From positions 81,737 to 145,736 of the forward strand of contig LJNE01000001.1 in assembly GCA_001303125.1 (NCBI GenBank): DNA of 64,000 nt. The letters run 5' to 3'. This document shows, one piece after another, positions 52,299 to 61,374 of the stretch. A program made the translations under genes and the position numbers. The notes beneath the pieces were generated by a model. The model worked only from the letters and a program-made list of their open reading frames with translations, was not told the origin of the DNA and did no database searches. Source of the stretch: Parcubacteria bacterium DG_74_1 (GTDB taxonomy: Bacteria > Patescibacteriota > Minisyncoccia > Minisyncoccales > DG-74-1). Each line of letters opens with the position of its first letter. The first letter of the stretch is position 1.

Positions 52299-52627
52299 TT
52301 TGCTTTTCGGAATAGCTTGTCTATTGTTTCGTTTATCTCCCAAAAGTCTTTTTCTTCCAGCCCAGAGGCAGCTATCAAAACCAAGTCCACGCCCTTTTTA
52401 ACCCTTTTTATTTTAAGTCTGACTAATTCGCTTAGCTTTCTTCTAATTTTGTTGCGTAAGGTAGCTTTTTTGGAAATTTTCTGAGAAACAACAAAAGCAA
52501 CCCTTGGTTTTCTAAAATTATTTTTAACTACTTTCAAAACCAAAAAGCCCTCCTTGACTCCCTTACCTCTTTTAAAAACTTTCTCGATGTCTTTTCCCCG
52601 TTTTAGTCTATTTATTTTTGGCAACAT
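52283..52627 (-). CDS. rnpA: RNase P protein component
   Basis: Basic 114-aa protein with [10 protein letters not shown] (RNR-like motif). The start codon directly follows the rpmH stop. Confidence 0.8.
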   Translation of the reverse strand: MLPKINRLKRGKDIEKVFKRGKGVKEGFLVLKVVKNNFRKPRVAFVVSQKISKKATLRNKIRRKLSELVRLKIKRVKKGVDLVLIAASGLEEKDFWEINETIDKLFRKAKCFEK

Positions 52628-52628
52628 T

Positions 52629-52763
52629 TTAAACCGTAAGCCTCCGTCTTCTTTTTTTTCTCCTTCTGGCTAGGATCTTCCGCCCCGCTTTTGTCCTCTT
52701 TCTTTTTCTAAAGCCGTGCGCCTTCTTCCTTTTTTTCTTTTTTGGTTGGTAAGTAATGCTCAT
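52629..52763 (-). CDS. rpmH: 50S ribosomal protein L34
   Basis: Own translation gives [44 protein letters not shown]. It is below the ORF-track size cutoff. Confidence 0.9.
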   Translation of the reverse strand: MSITYQPKKKKRKKAHGFRKRKRTKAGRKILARRRKKRRRRLTV

Positions 52764-53065
52764 AGATTAAGATTCTGTTGAACGAACATAAGGACAGAAA
52801 TAAAAATAATTCTTTTGAATTGCTAACTCTTTTAACATACCAAAAATAAAAAACGAGGTCAATTCTCCCTGCTAGACTACCGAAGCTCTGTCGTTTTTGT
52901 TGTTTCACAAAGTTAACACTTTTTCCCCAAGATATTAACAAAAATCTGGCCTTTATCACGGCTTGCTTTGCTTTTAACTTATAGTATAATAAAAAAGGCG
53001 CTTTAGGGGCTTTAAGACTCATATTGGTTTAGTTTTTAATAAGTTAAAAATCTATTAATATTAAA

Positions 53066-54415
53066 ATGTCTAACGAGGAGTTGTGGCAGGCAGTTCTGGC
53101 CCAAATTCAACTAAATATCTCTCCAGCCAATTTTGCTACTTGGTTTAAAAACACGGAAATTGCCTCTCAAAAAGAAGGGCAAGTAATTATTTCTACCCCC
53201 AATTCTTTTGTTAAGGAGTGGTTAGAAAATAAATACGGCAAAAATATTTTTAAAATTCTACACAGCCTAGATGAAAGAATCAAGGAAGTAAATTTTGGGA
53301 TCAGCAAATCGGGGTTAAGGATCTTAAAAAGAGTCCCCGTTTCTATCCCCAAGGACGGACAACTAGAGTTTCAGGAACTGGAGATTGATCGTCGAACAAG
53401 TCTTAACCCTCGCTATACTTTTGAAAATTTTATTATTGGGCCCTTCAATGAGCTAGCCCAAGCAGCAGCCTTTGCCTCCGCTAAAAACCCTGGGCAGGTT
53501 TATAATCCTCTCTTTATTTATGGAGGAGTCGGGGTTGGCAAGACTCATCTTTTGCAGGCAGTCGGGAATGAGGCGATTAAAAACTTCCCCTCAAAAAAGG
53601 TGCAATATCTCCCGTCCGAGAAATTTACCTCTGAAGTGGTGACGGCAATTAGAACCCGGGAGATCGAAAATTTCAAAGTAAAATGCCAAAAGGTTGATGT
53701 CCTAATTTTGGATGATGTTCAATTTTTAGCTGGCAAAGAAAAAACTCAAGAAGAGTTTTTCCATACATTTAATGCCCTCTATGAAAGAAATAAACAGATC
53801 GTCCTCTCCTCTGACCGGCCCCCAAAGGCAATCCCCGCATTGACCGAGAGGCTAAGATCTCGTTTCGAGGGAGGAATGATCGCTGACATTGGTTATCCAG
53901 ACTATGAAACCAGAATCGCTATTCTGAAAGCTAAATGCCTAGAGAGAAGCACTGATTTTCCAGAAGAAGTCTTAAATTATATTGCTACTAATATCCAAAA
54001 AAACATCAGAGAACTAGAGGGGGCGCTGAATCGTCTAGTCGCTTACCAAAAGCTCAACGGCCAGCCTCCTGATTTAGGCGCCACTAAGACATTGCTTAAA
54101 AGCCTGATTTTAAGTCCTAGTAAAGTGGTGAGCGTGAAAAAGATAATCCAAGCAGTGGCTGATTTTTATGACCTAAAAGAAAAAGAAATTCTTTCTTCCT
54201 CAAGGAAAAAAGAAGTAGTGAAACCAAGGCAGGTTGTTATGTATCTGCTGAGAGAAGAGCTAAAAAGCTCTTTCCCCTTTATAGGGCGAAGATGCGGTGG
54301 AAAAGACCATACTACGGCTCTACACGCTTATGGAAAAGTGGTCAGGGAATTAGAAAAAAGCGAGCAGTTGGGAGAGGAGCTAACCTTGATTAAGCAGAGG
54401 ATTTTTAGTGGATAA
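53066..54415 (+). CDS. dnaA: Chromosomal replication initiator DnaA
   Basis: GGVGVGKTHLLQA Walker A, LILDDVQFL, and C-terminal HTT region KDHTTALHAY. Confidence 0.9.
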   Translation: MSNEELWQAVLAQIQLNISPANFATWFKNTEIASQKEGQVIISTPNSFVKEWLENKYGKNIFKILHSLDERIKEVNFGISKSGLRILKRVPVSIPKDGQLEFQELEIDRRTSLNPRYTFENFIIGPFNELAQAAAFASAKNPGQVYNPLFIYGGVGVGKTHLLQAVGNEAIKNFPSKKVQYLPSEKFTSEVVTAIRTREIENFKVKCQKVDVLILDDVQFLAGKEKTQEEFFHTFNALYERNKQIVLSSDRPPKAIPALTERLRSRFEGGMIADIGYPDYETRIAILKAKCLERSTDFPEEVLNYIATNIQKNIRELEGALNRLVAYQKLNGQPPDLGATKTLLKSLILSPSKVVSVKKIIQAVADFYDLKEKEILSSSRKKEVVKPRQVVMYLLREELKSSFPFIGRRCGGKDHTTALHAYGKVVRELEKSEQLGEELTLIKQRIFSG

Positions 54416-54548
54416 TTTCTTTCCAAAATAGCTCTTTTTTTAGAAACAGAGTTCTCACTGTTTATTAAATAACTTTTTCACAGTTTCCCCTTTTGGCCCT
54501 TGAGATAAATCTCCCCTTTTGAACAGTAATAACAACAATAATAAAAAT

Positions 54549-55673
54549 ATGAAAATATTAGTTCTTAAAGAAAAACTAAAAGAAGGGGCTAGCGCCGTCG
54601 AAAGACTTGCGCAAAAGTCTCTTTCTTTGCCTATTTTAAACAACGTTTTGGTGAGAGGAGAAAAAAACCTTGTTTCCTTAACGGCCACTAACCTAGAAAT
54701 TGGTATACGGTGGTGGGCTTTGGCCAAAAGCGAGAAAGAGGCAGAAATTGTTGTCCCGGCACGGCTCCTTTTGAATTTCGTAAACTTTTTACCGAATGGC
54801 CCTGTAGAACTAGAAATAGAGAAGCCATTTCTTAAGATTAAAAGCGGTAAATATAAATCGCAAATAAAAGGCCTGGACCCGGATGATTTCCCCATTTTGC
54901 CTCAAATAAGCCGAGAAGAGAGTATTGGCCTAGACGGTTTAGGCTTTTGCCAGGCGCTTTCTCAAGTTTTTGATATCACCTCTTCCTCTTTAACTCGCAC
55001 AGAGATTTCCGGGGTTTTTTTTCAATTTCAAAAAGAGCAAATAAAAATAGTAGCCACTGATAGTTTTCGGCTTGGGGAGAAAAAGATCTTCTTAAAATCA
55101 CCCCTGGCCAAAGAATACTCCTTCATCTTGCCCCATTTAACCGCCAGAGAGGTTGTTAATATTTTTAGTGAAAGCAAAAAAGAAGTTAAAATTTATTTTT
55201 CTCCTAACCAGGTATTGTTTGAATCGACGCTCCCCGAGGCCAAACATCCTCAAGTCCATCTTATTTCTAGGCTGATTGAGGGAGACTTCCCGGATTACCA
55301 AGCCATTATTCCTAAAAAATTTGAAACCCAGGTCATTCTTTCGCGGGACGAGTTTTTGAACCAAATTAAATCAGCTAGTCTTTTTAGCGGGAAAATTAAC
55401 GAGGTTAGGCTAAATATTTTACCTCAAGCAGGGAAGCTAGAAGTTTCTAGTCGGAATCAAGACCTTGGAGAATATCAAAGCTTTCTCTCTGGGAGAACAA
55501 AGGGGAGGGCTCTTTCTGCTTCTTTTAATCACCGTTTTTTAGCCGAAGGGCTCCTGAAAATAAAAACCCCGGAAGTAATTTTTGAGTTAACCAGCGAGGA
55601 AGAACCAGCAGTCTTGAAACCGGTTGGGGCCGAGGACTTCCTTTATGTCGTGATGCCCATTAAGGCTAGTTGA
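54549..55673 (+). CDS. dnaN: DNA polymerase III beta sliding clamp
   Basis: MKILVLKEKL..., ATDSFRL, C-terminal YVVMPIKA. The ATG at 54549 is preferred over the tracked TTG. Confidence 0.85.
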   Translation: MKILVLKEKLKEGASAVERLAQKSLSLPILNNVLVRGEKNLVSLTATNLEIGIRWWALAKSEKEAEIVVPARLLLNFVNFLPNGPVELEIEKPFLKIKSGKYKSQIKGLDPDDFPILPQISREESIGLDGLGFCQALSQVFDITSSSLTRTEISGVFFQFQKEQIKIVATDSFRLGEKKIFLKSPLAKEYSFILPHLTAREVVNIFSESKKEVKIYFSPNQVLFESTLPEAKHPQVHLISRLIEGDFPDYQAIIPKKFETQVILSRDEFLNQIKSASLFSGKINEVRLNILPQAGKLEVSSRNQDLGEYQSFLSGRTKGRALSASFNHRFLAEGLLKIKTPEVIFELTSEEEPAVLKPVGAEDFLYVVMPIKAS

Positions 55674-55756
55674 TGTCTTGGTCTTTCGGACTTAACCTAG
55701 AAAAAATGCCCAGAAATGGGTTTTTTAATAAAAATAAGAATAACAAAAAGCTTGAA

Positions 55757-56893
55757 ATGGGAAAAGCGAATCGTTTTTTAATTAAAGCTTTCCTTGTCTT
55801 GCTTCTTGGGTTGATGCTCGTTTCTCTGATGGTAACGCTGGACAAAATTTTTGCCTTGGCTTCGCCCCCTAAAGTTGTTGACCTTTCCCCAGAAAAAGGG
55901 GCAGACGATGTATTGCTAAATTCTCCCCTTATAATAAAACTTAATAAACCTATCAAGCGTCAGGAGGTCCGGCTATCTATTTCTCCCGAGGTTTATGGGG
56001 AGTGGAAGTTTAAAAATCCCTTAATTAAAAATCACCTTTTTAAAACCTTGACCTTTACTCCTGTTGTTAACCTCGAGCCAGAGACCCTCTATTTAGTTAG
56101 CATAGAAAACATAAAAGGCTTTGGACTAGACAAGGCTAGCGCTTATGAATTTACTTTTAAAACTCAGCCCTCAACCGAAACGGTTCTGCTAGAGGGCAAA
56201 GACCAAGAAGAGATAATTTCCCCTGGGACAGAAATAACTGAACCTGCCCTAGCTGAACCTGCCCCAGCTGAACCTGCCCCAGCTGAACCTGTGCCAGCTG
56301 AGCCTGCCCCAGAGGTGACCATGCTAAAGATCTCTTTGGACTGGCAAGACTACCCATTGTCTTGTGAGGCGGCCTCACTCAAAATGGCTTTAGAGGGGAA
56401 GGGAGTCTCTGTCTCTGAAGATGAAATAATGGAAAGAATTGGCTGTGATTTGAGTCCCCGGAGGGACAGCCTCTGGGGCGACCCCTACAAAGTCTATGTT
56501 GGCGATATCGAGGGGAAAGTCTGCAAGACCGGGTACGGAGTCTACTGGCAACCAGTAGCTCAAGCAGCAAATTATTGGCGGGAAGCCCAAGCTTTTTCTG
56601 ACTGGAGCTTAGAGAAAATAATAACTGAGATTAAATTAGGGAATCCCGTAATCCTCTGGGGGATAGTGCCAACCGGAAGTTTAACTGATTGTTCTTGGTA
56701 TACCCCGGAGGGGAAATATGTTAAAGCTTTTAAAGAGATGCACGCTAGGCTGGGGATTGGGTTTGTTGGCCTCCCCGAGAGCCCATCAAGAATTATCCTT
56801 AATGATCCCTGGGTCGGGAGACTCTACTGGGAGATACCTTATTTTCTAAAGAACTGGGCAGTCTTTGATTATAGTGGGGTGGTAATAAGATAA
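55757..56893 (+). CDS. Membrane-anchored protein: Ig-like domain, PAEPA tandem repeat, C39-like cysteine peptidase domain
   Basis: TM FLIKAFLVLLLGLMLVSLMV, SbsA-Ig-like PPKVVDLSPEKGADDV, repeat AEPAPAEPAPAEPVPAEPAP, and C39-like DWQDYPLSCEAASLKMAL. Confidence 0.6.
   Translation: MGKANRFLIKAFLVLLLGLMLVSLMVTLDKIFALASPPKVVDLSPEKGADDVLLNSPLIIKLNKPIKRQEVRLSISPEVYGEWKFKNPLIKNHLFKTLTFTPVVNLEPETLYLVSIENIKGFGLDKASAYEFTFKTQPSTETVLLEGKDQEEIISPGTEITEPALAEPAPAEPAPAEPVPAEPAPEVTMLKISLDWQDYPLSCEAASLKMALEGKGVSVSEDEIMERIGCDLSPRRDSLWGDPYKVYVGDIEGKVCKTGYGVYWQPVAQAANYWREAQAFSDWSLEKIITEIKLGNPVILWGIVPTGSLTDCSWYTPEGKYVKAFKEMHARLGIGFVGLPESPSRIILNDPWVGRLYWEIPYFLKNWAVFDYSGVVIR
56238..56312 (+). repeat. 5 x 15-bp in-frame tandem repeat (ctgaacctgccccag) encoding (L/P)AEPA
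   Basis: Read directly. The units start at 56238, 56253, 56268, 56283 and 56298, with 1-2 substitutions each. Confidence 0.9.
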
Positions 56894-56897
56894 AAAA

Positions 56898-58844
56898 TTA
56901 AGGAGTTATTGGTATTTCTGGCCTGGAGAAATTTTCTTTAGGAAACCTTAATAAGGCTTTCCCTAAAAATTCCCGCCACATAGGAGCGGCTAGCATCACT
57001 CCTGGCCTTTTTACCGTTGGCGAATTATCATTATTGCCTGCCCAAACCCCAACAGCAATTGAGGGAGTGTAGCCTATTGTCCAAGCGTCGCGATAATTGT
57101 CACTTGTCCCAGTTTTAACCGCCACTTGGTAATCCTCAAAATATAAATTTGATCTCCATCCAAACATTGGCGCCCTGGCTTCATTGTCGGAAAGGACATC
57201 ATTTATTAGCCTGACCGCATCTCTTTCTAAAACCCGTTCCGGGGTTTTATTATTCTCAAAAATTGTATTCCCTTTCGAATCCTCAATTTTTAAAATTGCA
57301 GACGGCGGTACTCTTAACCCTTCGGTGGCAAAAACTCCATAGGCCGAAGTCATGTCTAGTAGTTTTACCTCTGCCCCCCCCAAGACAATAGACAACCCAT
57401 ACTTTTGTGGGTCGGTCAAGGTGGTAATTCCTATAGCCCGAGCAGTTTCAATACTGTCTAAAAACCCAGCTAAGGAATCTAAGACTTTTACCGCGGGGAT
57501 ATTTAAAGACTGAGCTAAAGCCGAACGGAGAGTCACCGGCCCCCGGAAAAGTCCATCATAGTTTTGGGGGCACCAACTCCCGCTTGTTTGAGGCCAACAG
57601 GTCGGCGAATCATCAACAATTGCTTTGTCGCTATATCCTTTCTGGAAAGCGGTCACGTAGACAAAGGGCTTGAAAGAAGAGCCAGGTTGGCGGCCAGGCG
57701 AAGTTTCTGTCCCAACGGCAACATTAAACTTGGGATCGAACTTACAATCTATTCCAGAAAGACAGTTTTCAGGAAAAGACTCGCCAAAGTAATCAGCCGA
57801 GCCAACCATGGCTAAGACCTCGCCAGTTTTCGGATCGATCGCCACTAAAGCGGCATTGTGGACGTTACTGGATTTATTATTTTCCGCCCCTTCTTTGACC
57901 ACTTCTTCGGCTATTTCCTGAAGCTCCCAGTCTAAACTGGTAAAAATTTTTAACCCCTTTTGCTCTAGAAACCCTCTCCCATATTTTTCTTCCAACTGCC
58001 CCTGGACCCATAAAGTAAAATGAGGAGCCTTGATTGAGCGAAGAATCTCGACAACAACCACTTCTTCCTTTTTTGCTTCTTCGGCCCCTTCTTGAGCTAA
58101 GTACCCTTCGTCAGCCATCCGGCTTAAAACATAATCCTTTCGGGTAAGAAGCTCTTCTAGGTTGGTCATGTAAAAACTAGGAGCCTTGATTAGAGCAGCC
58201 AAGGTGGCCGCTTCAGCCAGAGAGATTTCCGAAACCGGTTTATCAAAATAGGCCTGAGAGGCCGCCTCTACTCCGTAGGCGTTCCGGCCAAAAGGTATCT
58301 GGTTTAAATACCACTCTAAAATTTGCTCCTTGGAATAGCGTCGATCTAATTCTAAAGAAAGGATAATCTCGCGGGTCTTCCTCTCGGCTGTCTTTTCTAG
58401 GGTCAAAAAAGTTGAGCGGATTAATTGTTGTGGGATAGTCGAACCGCCATAACTTGGCTTCATTATCTTTAAATTAGCCAGAGCCGCGTTGACGATTCCC
58501 TTTAGGTCTATCCCTGAATGTTGATAAAAGTTAGCGTCTTCAGTCGCGATTACCGCCTGTTTTAAACACTCCGGTATTGTTTCCAAAGAAACCCAGGCTC
58601 TCTTTTCTTCTCCGTAAATCTCATATAAAAGAACTTCGCCCGTCCGATCATAAATTCTCGTTGACTCAAAAAGCTCTCTCTCGATAAATTTCTCCGGGCG
58701 AGGAAGATCTTTGGCATAGTAAATAAAGAGAGACAAAGAACAAAAAACAAAGAAGAGAAAACAGAAAAAAAAGAGCTTCAAAATAAAGACTATCTTCCGT
58801 CCTCTTTTTTGATAAGTTTGGCGATGATATTTTCTTTCGGGCAT
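56898..58844 (-). CDS. Class A penicillin-binding protein (transglycosylase + transpeptidase)
   Basis: GT51 EDANFYQHSGID, transpeptidase PGSSFKP (SxxK) and KTGTS. ATG at 58844 (the tracked TTG is at 58862). Confidence 0.85.
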   Translation of the reverse strand: MPERKYHRQTYQKRGRKIVFILKLFFFCFLFFVFCSLSLFIYYAKDLPRPEKFIERELFESTRIYDRTGEVLLYEIYGEEKRAWVSLETIPECLKQAVIATEDANFYQHSGIDLKGIVNAALANLKIMKPSYGGSTIPQQLIRSTFLTLEKTAERKTREIILSLELDRRYSKEQILEWYLNQIPFGRNAYGVEAASQAYFDKPVSEISLAEAATLAALIKAPSFYMTNLEELLTRKDYVLSRMADEGYLAQEGAEEAKKEEVVVVEILRSIKAPHFTLWVQGQLEEKYGRGFLEQKGLKIFTSLDWELQEIAEEVVKEGAENNKSSNVHNAALVAIDPKTGEVLAMVGSADYFGESFPENCLSGIDCKFDPKFNVAVGTETSPGRQPGSSFKPFVYVTAFQKGYSDKAIVDDSPTCWPQTSGSWCPQNYDGLFRGPVTLRSALAQSLNIPAVKVLDSLAGFLDSIETARAIGITTLTDPQKYGLSIVLGGAEVKLLDMTSAYGVFATEGLRVPPSAILKIEDSKGNTIFENNKTPERVLERDAVRLINDVLSDNEARAPMFGWRSNLYFEDYQVAVKTGTSDNYRDAWTIGYTPSIAVGVWAGNNDNSPTVKRPGVMLAAPMWREFLGKALLRFPKENFSRPEIPITP

Positions 58845-58942
58845 ACGTCGCAGTAGTAGCAAAACTAATATTAAGTATTATCACTGCCGCGGTAATATTT
58901 GAATTTCTACTACCGAGCGTAATTTGAATATATCCTAATTTA

Positions 58943-58951
58943 TGTTAAAAT
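58943..58951 (+). promoter_or_regulatory. Extended -10 (TGtTAAAAT) 7 nt upstream of the tyrS ATG
   Basis: tgttaaaat at 58943-58951, ATG at 58959. Confidence 0.5.
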
Positions 58952-58958
58952 TCAAGAT

Positions 58959-60173
58959 ATGAGAGTTAAGCATAGGCCAAAAAAATTTGGACAAGTTTTG
59001 AGTAGGGGAGTGAAAGCGATTTACCCTAGCCATAAATCGCTGGAAAAAGCCCTGGGGGCTGGCAAAAAGCTAAGAATTTATAACGGGATTGATCCTTCTA
59101 GCCCAGATATCCATCTGGGGAACGCTATTTCTCTGTGGAAAATGCGCCGCTTCCAAGACCTGGGGCATAAAACTATTCTTTTAATTGGCGATTTTACTGG
59201 ACGCATTGGCGACCCTTCAGATAAAAAGGCCATGCGGACACAACTTTCTCATCAACAAGTCTTACAAAACGCGAGGACCTACAGAAAGCAGGCGGCTAAA
59301 ATTTTAGACTTTGAATCAAAAGCGAATCCCTGCGAAATAAAATTTAATAGCAAATGGCTAGACAAGCTTAGCAACAAAGAAGTGGTCGAGCTCTCTAGCC
59401 ACTTTACCGTCCAACAACTGATAGAAAGGGACTTGTTCCAGAAAAGACTAAAAGAGAAAAAAGCAATTGGTCTTCATGAGTTTTTATACCCGCTTTACCA
59501 AGGATATGACTCGGTAGCTATGGATATAGACATGGAAATCGGCGGGGACGACCAAACCTTTAACATGCTAGCCGGCCGAGACCTAGTAAAGATTTACAAG
59601 AATAAAGAGAAGTTTGTTTTAACTATTCCTCTTCTTGAAGGGATCGATGGCAGAAAAATGAGTAAAAGCTGGGCTAACGTTGTTAACATTACAGACAGTG
59701 CCGATGATATGTTTGGTAAGCTGATGTCGCTTCCTGACAGTCTTATTATTAGATACTTTACTCTTTGTACAGAAGTTTCTTTAAAAGAAATAGGTAGATT
59801 AGAAAAAGATTTAAAGTCTGGCAGAATTAACCCAAAAGACGCAAAGGCTAAACTAGCCGAAGAAATCGTTAGTATTTACTACGGGAGAAAAATAGCCCGG
59901 ATTGCCGGTAAAGAATTTGAGAGTGTTTTTAAGGAGAAAAAATTGCCCAAGATTATTGCCAAGGTCAAGATTAAGGAGAAAAAATTGAATATTCTCGATT
60001 TGCTAGTTAAAACAAAACTAGCCTCCTCAAAATCGGAAGCTAAAAGATTGGTCTTACAGGGGGGGGTCAAAGTAGATGGAAGGATTGAGGGCGATTGGCA
60101 TAAGGCGATAGAAATAAAAAGAAACCGGGTTCTCCGGGTTGGGAAAAGAAAATTTATTAGGCTAACCAACTAA
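58959..60173 (+). CDS. tyrS: Tyrosine--tRNA ligase
   Basis: HIGH-type PDIHLGN, KMSKS, and a C-terminal S4 domain. Confidence 0.9.
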   Translation: MRVKHRPKKFGQVLSRGVKAIYPSHKSLEKALGAGKKLRIYNGIDPSSPDIHLGNAISLWKMRRFQDLGHKTILLIGDFTGRIGDPSDKKAMRTQLSHQQVLQNARTYRKQAAKILDFESKANPCEIKFNSKWLDKLSNKEVVELSSHFTVQQLIERDLFQKRLKEKKAIGLHEFLYPLYQGYDSVAMDIDMEIGGDDQTFNMLAGRDLVKIYKNKEKFVLTIPLLEGIDGRKMSKSWANVVNITDSADDMFGKLMSLPDSLIIRYFTLCTEVSLKEIGRLEKDLKSGRINPKDAKAKLAEEIVSIYYGRKIARIAGKEFESVFKEKKLPKIIAKVKIKEKKLNILDLLVKTKLASSKSEAKRLVLQGGVKVDGRIEGDWHKAIEIKRNRVLRVGKRKFIRLTN

Positions 60174-60198
60174 AACCCTCAGTGAGTTCTGAGGGTTT
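60173..60198. terminator. Perfect 10-bp hairpin after tyrS
   Basis: aaaccctcag (60173-60182) / ctgagggttt (60189-60198) with a 6-nt loop. The trailing T-tract is weak. Confidence 0.5.
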
Positions 60199-60486
60199 AG
60201 TAGTTTATTCTCCTTCTCCTCCTTCAGTGTCTTCGGTGCTTGCCCCTTCTTCTTGTGTTTCTCCTGCTTCCTCTGCTTCTTCTGCCTCCTGGTTGATAAT
60301 TGGAGCGAAGGTTTTGTCTTCGTAAGTCATAGTTCGATTTAATTATTCTTCGTCTGATAGCCCCGACCTTTTGGTTGCCTGCCTTAAGATAATAGCAGAC
60401 ACAAATTTCATTTTCCCATAAAAAACAATAGTCACTTAGTATAAGGGAAAGATTCTAAGGGTATTATAATTTGTCAAGAAAGACTG

Positions 60487-60807
60487 TCAAGCCCCCTGGA
60501 TTGACTCTATTTTAAATTCCCTTTTGCGCTTGTTCCACCCCCAAATTTCGATATCGGCTGAATTCTGCCTGGAGAGCTGATGTTCTTTAAGAAAATTTTT
60601 TATTTTCCTTCGGCGCGTTGATAAATTAGGCAAGGTAGTCAATTGGACGAACTTAAGACTGCCGGCCTTCTTTTTAAAACAAATTAAATCAAAGATTCCA
60701 AAAATATCGTTTTGTTTAAATATTGCTCGTGATGGCCACCAGATAAGCCATTTCTGTCTTTCCAGTATCCGGACCGCTCTTTTTCTGATTTCGCTCTCTT
60801 TTGTCAT
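60487..60807 (-). CDS. Hypothetical basic protein (106 aa) directly downstream of yebC
   Basis: Intact ORF with 1 nt between the yebC stop and its start. The GIFDLICF...KFVQLTT strands are faintly VRR-NUC/PD-(D/E)xK-like, but the E-x-K pair is not evident. Confidence 0.5.
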   Translation of the reverse strand: MTKESEIRKRAVRILERQKWLIWWPSRAIFKQNDIFGIFDLICFKKKAGSLKFVQLTTLPNLSTRRRKIKNFLKEHQLSRQNSADIEIWGWNKRKREFKIESIQGA

Positions 60808-60808
60808 G

Positions 60809-61366
60809 TTACTCCCTTAAATTACTATATATTTCTTGAACTGCTTCATTTTCGTCCAAGGCCTCAAAGAGTTTTTCCCAGGCTTCTCGGTCTTTGACAG
60901 AAACTTCAACTTTCTGTCTCGGCTCCCATTCTAAAGAACCGGGTTCTCTCGACTTTCTCTCAAACATCCAGCGTACCCCGCCTTCCCCGACCATTTTAGC
61001 TCCATGTTGAACTAGGATCTGTTTAATTTCTCCTAAGGCACGGTTTTTGTTATCGGTAATTCCTTCAATGACAATAGCTACACCGCCGGGCCCAAAAGCC
61101 TCAAAGGTTACTTCTTCTAATTTTTCAGCCGAGAGGTCTTCTCCAGTTCCTCGTTTTATTGCCCGATCAATATTATCTTTAGGCATGTTCACCGAGCGAG
61201 CTGTCTCTATAGCTATTCTTAGCTTAGGATTAATGTCTGGGTTTGGTCCACTTTCTTTTACGGCAACCGAAATCAGACGGGCCATTTTAGAGAAGGTATG
61301 CCCCCTTTTTTTGTCACTCGCCTCCTTGCCCCTTTTTATCGTCTTGGCGTGTGAATGGCCGCTCAT
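60809..61366 (-). CDS. yebC: YebC/PmpR-family protein (short, 185 aa)
   Basis: MSGHSHAKTIKRGKEASDKKRGHTFSKMARLISVAVKESGPNPDINPKLRIAIE. Confidence 0.8.
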   Translation of the reverse strand: MSGHSHAKTIKRGKEASDKKRGHTFSKMARLISVAVKESGPNPDINPKLRIAIETARSVNMPKDNIDRAIKRGTGEDLSAEKLEEVTFEAFGPGGVAIVIEGITDNKNRALGEIKQILVQHGAKMVGEGGVRWMFERKSREPGSLEWEPRQKVEVSVKDREAWEKLFEALDENEAVQEIYSNLRE

Positions 61367-61374
61367 ATTTCTAT

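Noticed and set aside
52708-53022. 104-aa minus-strand ORF across the rpmH/dnaA spacer
   Set aside because: It overlaps rpmH out of frame and runs through the AT-rich origin-proximal spacer. The real gene there is the 44-aa L34, found by hand translation.
54455-55956. Minus-strand ORFs 54455-54895, 55137-55364 and 55666-55956
   Set aside because: They are antisense to dnaN and to the C39-like gene, which have clear homology-type motifs. No independent support.
56238-56312. Short tandem repeat considered as a possible CRISPR-like or regulatory array
   Set aside because: The units are 15 bp, contiguous with no spacers, and in frame inside a CDS (a PAEPA linker). This is not a CRISPR array.
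58863-58958. Possible T-box leader upstream of tyrS
   Set aside because: Only 96 nt are available, and a -10 element sits 7 nt from the ATG. There is no room for specifier and antiterminator helices.
60205-60330. 41-codon acidic minus-strand ORF (MTYEDKTFAPIINQEAEEAEEAGETQEEGASTEDTEGGEGE) between tyrS and the 106-aa gene
   Set aside because: It has no SD, no convincing -10 at leaderless distance, low-complexity composition and no recognisable family. I cannot support it as a gene from sequence alone, although ribosome profiling could revisit it.
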